64,000 bases of DNA from Verrucomicrobiota bacterium (GTDB taxonomy: Bacteria > Verrucomicrobiota > Verrucomicrobiia > Limisphaerales > CANJSG01), in NCBI GenBank assembly GCA_043775315.1, contig JAYVSO010000069.1, forward strand, positions 748-64,747. The letters run 5' to 3'. The translations under genes and the position numbers were made by a program. Shown piece after piece: positions 59,934 to 64,000 of this stretch (position 1 is the first letter of the stretch; each line of letters starts with the position of its first letter). The notes below the pieces were generated by a model, which saw only the letters and a list, made by a program, of their open reading frames with translations, was not told where the DNA came from and searched no databases.

Positions 59934-61199
59934 TCAGCCGTTTGTCCCGACCTGCGGCGTCTTCACCAGCAGCGCGGCCACGGCCAACAATCCCATCACG
60001 ACGGCGAGGATCTGGAACGCGGGGGCGTAGGAGCCACTGCCGGTCACGCACTTCGCCAGCATCAACGGACCAACGGCCGACGAGAGCACGGTCAAGGCCT
60101 GGGCCGCGCCCTGGATTCGTCCGAGTTCCTTCCGCCCGAAGAACCGCGCCCAGACCCCGAAGAAGATCACCATGACAAATCCACCCGCGATCCCCATGGC
60201 CGCCGCCCACGCATAGACCTGCGAGAGGGTCGTCAGCATCGGCAGGCCCGCCGTCGCCAGTCCGAGCAGCAGCATCGCGATCGCCATGAGGTGGCCCTGC
60301 GACCAGCGGTCGGCCAGCCAGCCGGCGAGAAAGTTTCCGATGAGCGATGTCAACGCGGTCACGACCAGCGCCTGGTAAAACGTGCCCGCGGCGAAGCCTC
60401 GGGCGTTGAGGATCGATTCGTTGAAGAGGCCCACGCCGGAAGCGACCAGGTTGTAGGCCGCCGCGGAGAGGCCGAAGACCCAGAACGCCGGGGAACGCAG
60501 CGCCTCACCGAGCGTCGCCCCCACCAGGTCGGACTCGCGTTCGACCGCCGCCACGCCATCCGTCGGCACGCCGCACGACTCGGGGGATTGGCGGGTGAGG
60601 AACCAGGACAACGGCGCCAACCCCAGGATGAGCCAGCAGCCGAAACCCGCCCACGCCATCTTCCATCCGTGGTTCTGCACGACCCAGCCGATCAGGGGAA
60701 AGGCGATCATGAAGCCGATGCTGAGAAGCACCGTGTAGGTCGCCATCGCCGCCGTCAGCCGGCGGCGGAACCATTGCCCCACCATCGAGATGCTGACGAC
60801 GGAGAGGGCGCTTTGCCCGAAGGCGCGGCTGAGCAGGATCGCGATGAAGACCACGGCCGCGGAGTCCGCGACCGTGAGGAGCACAGCCGCCGCGCCCAGG
60901 ATCACACAGACCAGGGGAAGGGCCGTCCGCGCACCACGCCGGTCCATGAAGCGGCCGCCTGCGTAACAGCAGAGCGCGCCGAGCAAGGTCGCCCAGAGGT
61001 TGAGCTGGGCGAAGGCGACGCGGTCCATTTTCAACTCGCGCAGGAGAGGCTCGGTGATCAGCCCCAGTCCCTGCGTCCGCCCCGGCAAGGTTCCCACCAT
61101 CGCTATGGAAGCGAGGAAGACGATGACCCAGCCGTAATAGAGGCGGCTCGCGGCGAACCAGCGCGGGAGGTTTTCAGTGCGGGTGACGGACAGGGTCAT
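59934..61199 (-). CDS. MFS transporter
   Basis: About 12 TM segments, GRFMDRRG and GWLADRW motifs, FFGRKELGRIQG. Confidence 0.92.
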   Translation of the reverse strand: MTLSVTRTENLPRWFAASRLYYGWVIVFLASIAMVGTLPGRTQGLGLITEPLLRELKMDRVAFAQLNLWATLLGALCCYAGGRFMDRRGARTALPLVCVILGAAAVLLTVADSAAVVFIAILLSRAFGQSALSVVSISMVGQWFRRRLTAAMATYTVLLSIGFMIAFPLIGWVVQNHGWKMAWAGFGCWLILGLAPLSWFLTRQSPESCGVPTDGVAAVERESDLVGATLGEALRSPAFWVFGLSAAAYNLVASGVGLFNESILNARGFAAGTFYQALVVTALTSLIGNFLAGWLADRWSQGHLMAIAMLLLGLATAGLPMLTTLSQVYAWAAAMGIAGGFVMVIFFGVWARFFGRKELGRIQGAAQALTVLSSAVGPLMLAKCVTGSGSYAPAFQILAVVMGLLAVAALLVKTPQVGTNG

Positions 61200-61342
61200 G
61201 GCGCGCGAAAGCTAGCGGGAACGACAAAACCTGCAACCGCCGGGACCATCCGAAGAAGCCGCAGGCCGAGTCGCAGCGCGACTCGGCCCACCTTGCTCCA
61301 GTCCGATTGCGCCTAGGCATCGGACTGCAACTTATCCTCCGG

Positions 61343-64000
61343 TCATCGACCGTCTTCGCGACGGTTTCGCGAGTGGCTAGAACGGCCTTTCTTCGGGAAC
61401 TGGTCGAACGGATCGTGCGACGGCTTTGCCGGGGGTGTCGGACGACCCGAGCCGGAAGTCGGGAACCGGGGCGGACGCGTCGGGATGGAACGTCCGGTCG
61501 AGGACGCAATGAAGCCGGGCTTGGCGGCGGGCAAGTTCGGGCGGCCCGACTGGCTCGGCCGGCCGGACTGGTTCTGACGCGCCGGCTGGTCGGGACGGCC
61601 GGTCGTGTTCGGACGACGGTCGTCGTTACGTTTTGGCTGGCCCTGTCGTCCCCCGCGCGCTTGCGGCTGGCCTCCGGGACGCGGCCCGCCCTGCTTGGAT
61701 CCGCCCTGTGCTTGCCCGCGCTGGGGCGGGCGGCCCGGGTGGGATTTCGCCGTGGAAGGATGGGCTCCACCACTTCTCGCGGGAGCGGCGTTTTGCTGAC
61801 GACTGGAACCCTGGGAACGTCCCACGCTGACGGGCTTGCCCGGATGCGGCTCGCGGCGATTGCGGTCCGGCATCGGCTGGCTTGGACGCGCTGGCCGTTC
61901 GCGGCGATCTCCGCCGGCAGACGGACGACGGTCGCGACCGGATGAACGCTGGCCGGAGGGACGCGCTTGTTTGGAATCGCCCGCCAACTGGCCGGGGGCG
62001 AACCGGAAGTCCACCTGCTTCTTGAAGCGGTCCACCTTCGCGACCTGCACTTCGATCTTGTCGCCGAGACGGATCACCCGTCGCGTGCGGCGTCCGACGA
62101 GCTGCCGCCGGATCGGATCGAGCACGTAGAAGTCGTCGTCCACCGTCGACAACGGGACCAGGCCGCTCATGGCCAGGCCGGTCACATCGACGAAGAAGCC
62201 GAAGTTGCGGAGGTCCGTGACCAGCGCGGGATACCGCTGCGGCTCGGGCGCCGCGAGCTGGGCCTCGAGGAAGGCGTAGAGCTTCACGTCCTTGCTGTCG
62301 CGTTCGGCGTCGGCCGAGTTGCGCTCGGTGATGGAGATGTGTTCGGCCGTTTCCTTGAGCGTGTTCCTCGAACCATGGCTCTGCTCGAAAAGCGCGCGGT
62401 GCACGATGAGGTCCGCGTAGCGGCGGATCGGCGACGTGAAGTGCGTGTAGTGCTTCTTGGCGAGACCGTAGTGGCCGAGCGGCTCCAGCGCGTAGCGGGC
62501 ACGCATGAGCGACTTGAGGAAGCCGATCTTGAGCGCGGCCCCGATCGGCAACTCGCCGAGACGATGGAGGAGCTTCTGCACTTCGCCGCGGATGCTGAGG
62601 TTTCCGCAGGGCACGTTGTGGGCGAGGACTTCGTCGCGGTAGTCCTGCAGGCGGCGCATGTCGGGCTCCTCGTGGACGCGGTGGACGGCGGGGCGCTTGA
62701 GCTGGATGAGGCGGGCGGCGACGGATTCGTTGGCCAGCAGCATGCACTCCTCGATGAGCTGGTGGGACACGTCGTTCTCCATCCGCTCGATGCGGGCGAT
62801 GCGGCCCTGTTCATCGAGGCGGATCTTCATCTCGGGGAAATCCATCTCCAGCGCACCGGCCTTGAAACGAAGGCGGCGGATGCGCTGCGTCAGCGCGTTC
62901 GCATCGTGCAGCATCTGCTCGATCGGTCCGGAGGGCGCGCCTTGGATGACCGCGAAGGCTTCCTTGTAGCTGAAGCGCCGCTGCGAATGGATGACCGCCG
63001 GAAAGAAACGCGTCTTCAGCACCTCCCCCTCGTCGGAGATGAGGAACTCGACGCACTTGGTCAGGCGTTCGACGTGCGGTTTGAGAGAGCAGAGCTCGTT
63101 GCTCAAGGCCTCCGGCAACATCGGGATGACCCGGTCGACGAGGTAGGTCGAGTTGCCGCGCTTGCGGGCCTCGTCGTCAAGCGCGGTGCCGGGCTTCACA
63201 TAGTGCGAAACGTCGGCGATGTGGACCCAGAGCTTCCAGTTGCCGCCGTCGGTCCGCTGAAGGCAGATGGCGTCGTCGAAGTCCTTGGCGTCATCGGGAT
63301 CAATCGTGACGACCTGATGGCTGCGGCAATCCTCACGGCCTTCGAGTTCGTGGGGCTTCACCTCGGAACCGTTGAGCCGCGCTTCGTCCAACACTTCGCG
63401 CGGGAAGCTCAGGGGAAGGTTGTATTGGCGGAGCACGCTGAGCATGTCCACGCCCTCGGCATCGGGAGCGCCGAGCACTTCGACGATTTCGCCTTCGGGA
63501 TTGGTGTGGCGGGAGAGCCATTCGCGGAGTTCCACGACGACCTTGTCGCCGATCTGCGCGGGACGGCCGACGTCCTTCGGCTCGGAGACGTAGATGTCGT
63601 GCGGGATGCGCGGATCATCCGGGACGACGTAGAGGAACCGCGCGCTTCGCTGGAGCGTGCCGACCATCTTGGTGCGATGCCTTTCCAGCACGCGGATGAC
63701 CGTGCCGGTCGGTTGGAGTTCTTCGCCGGGCTTGGGCGGACGCAGCCGCGCATCGAGCCGGACGAGCACCCGGTCCTCGTGCAATGCGGTGCCCGTGGCG
63801 CTCTCGGGGATGGCGATCTCCTTCTGCGTGGAATCATCCGGCGCGAGAAAGCCCTTCCCGGCACGGTTCATCCGGATGCGGCCGGGGATGAGATCGGCCT
63901 CGTTGGGCAGGATGTAGCGGTTGCCCTTGATGCGGGCGATCAGCCCGGCCTGCTCCAGCTCCTGGAGGACCTGCTGGAGGGCCTGCTGCTGGTCGGGCGG
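61343..64000 (-). CDS. rnr: Ribonuclease R (5' end outside window)
   Basis: TIDPDDAKDFDDA, VHIADVS, YTHFTSPIRRYADL, S1 domain; frame stays open upstream of 63871 to the window edge. Confidence 0.96.
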   Translation of the reverse strand, partial: PPDQQQALQQVLQELEQAGLIARIKGNRYILPNEADLIPGRIRMNRAGKGFLAPDDSTQKEIAIPESATGTALHEDRVLVRLDARLRPPKPGEELQPTGTVIRVLERHRTKMVGTLQRSARFLYVVPDDPRIPHDIYVSEPKDVGRPAQIGDKVVVELREWLSRHTNPEGEIVEVLGAPDAEGVDMLSVLRQYNLPLSFPREVLDEARLNGSEVKPHELEGREDCRSHQVVTIDPDDAKDFDDAICLQRTDGGNWKLWVHIADVSHYVKPGTALDDEARKRGNSTYLVDRVIPMLPEALSNELCSLKPHVERLTKCVEFLISDEGEVLKTRFFPAVIHSQRRFSYKEAFAVIQGAPSGPIEQMLHDANALTQRIRRLRFKAGALEMDFPEMKIRLDEQGRIARIERMENDVSHQLIEECMLLANESVAARLIQLKRPAVHRVHEEPDMRRLQDYRDEVLAHNVPCGNLSIRGEVQKLLHRLGELPIGAALKIGFLKSLMRARYALEPLGHYGLAKKHYTHFTSPIRRYADLIVHRALFEQSHGSRNTLKETAEHISITERNSADAERDSKDVKLYAFLEAQLAAPEPQRYPALVTDLRNFGFFVDVTGLAMSGLVPLSTVDDDFYVLDPIRRQLVGRRTRRVIRLGDKIEVQVAKVDRFKKQVDFRFAPGQLAGDSKQARPSGQRSSGRDRRPSAGGDRRERPARPSQPMPDRNRREPHPGKPVSVGRSQGSSRQQNAAPARSGGAHPSTAKSHPGRPPQRGQAQGGSKQGGPRPGGQPQARGGRQGQPKRNDDRRPNTTGRPDQPARQNQSGRPSQSGRPNLPAAKPGFIASSTGRSIPTRPPRFPTSGSGRPTPPAKPSHDPFDQFPKKGRSSHSRNRREDGR

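Overview
High-GC bacterial chromosomal window. Gene content (dnaB-bamA-skp, rpsF-ssb-rplI without rpsR, many secreted beta-propeller, YHYH and CRTAC1 proteins) suggests a Verrucomicrobia/PVC organism; this is inference. It carries housekeeping genes (purH, dnaB, bamA, skp, prs-rplY-pth-rpsF-ssb-rplI, gyrBA, cysteine desulfurase, ABC-F, recQ, rnr), an ECF sigma module, a TetR-regulated ABC/adaptor/TolC efflux operon with two visible operator palindromes, a CsgG/COG3014/YcfL/LpoB envelope cluster and a sulfate assimilation operon. Two accessory hotspots stand out. (1) The cys operon is interrupted by two small-protein + nucleotidyltransferase pairs and a DMP19-like gene, with a left-over second copy of the cysN 5' end marking one insertion. 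(2) A REP-associated HUH transposase (RAYT), flanked by two 159-bp REP doublets, lies divergently next to an attI-like site, a gene cassette, an attC-like site and a second cassette. No integron integrase is present there, and both core sites read GGTAGGC instead of GTTAGGC. Two genes are interrupted (one frameshift, one in-frame TAG), which may be real or assembly error. All calls come from reading motifs by eye; no searches were run.
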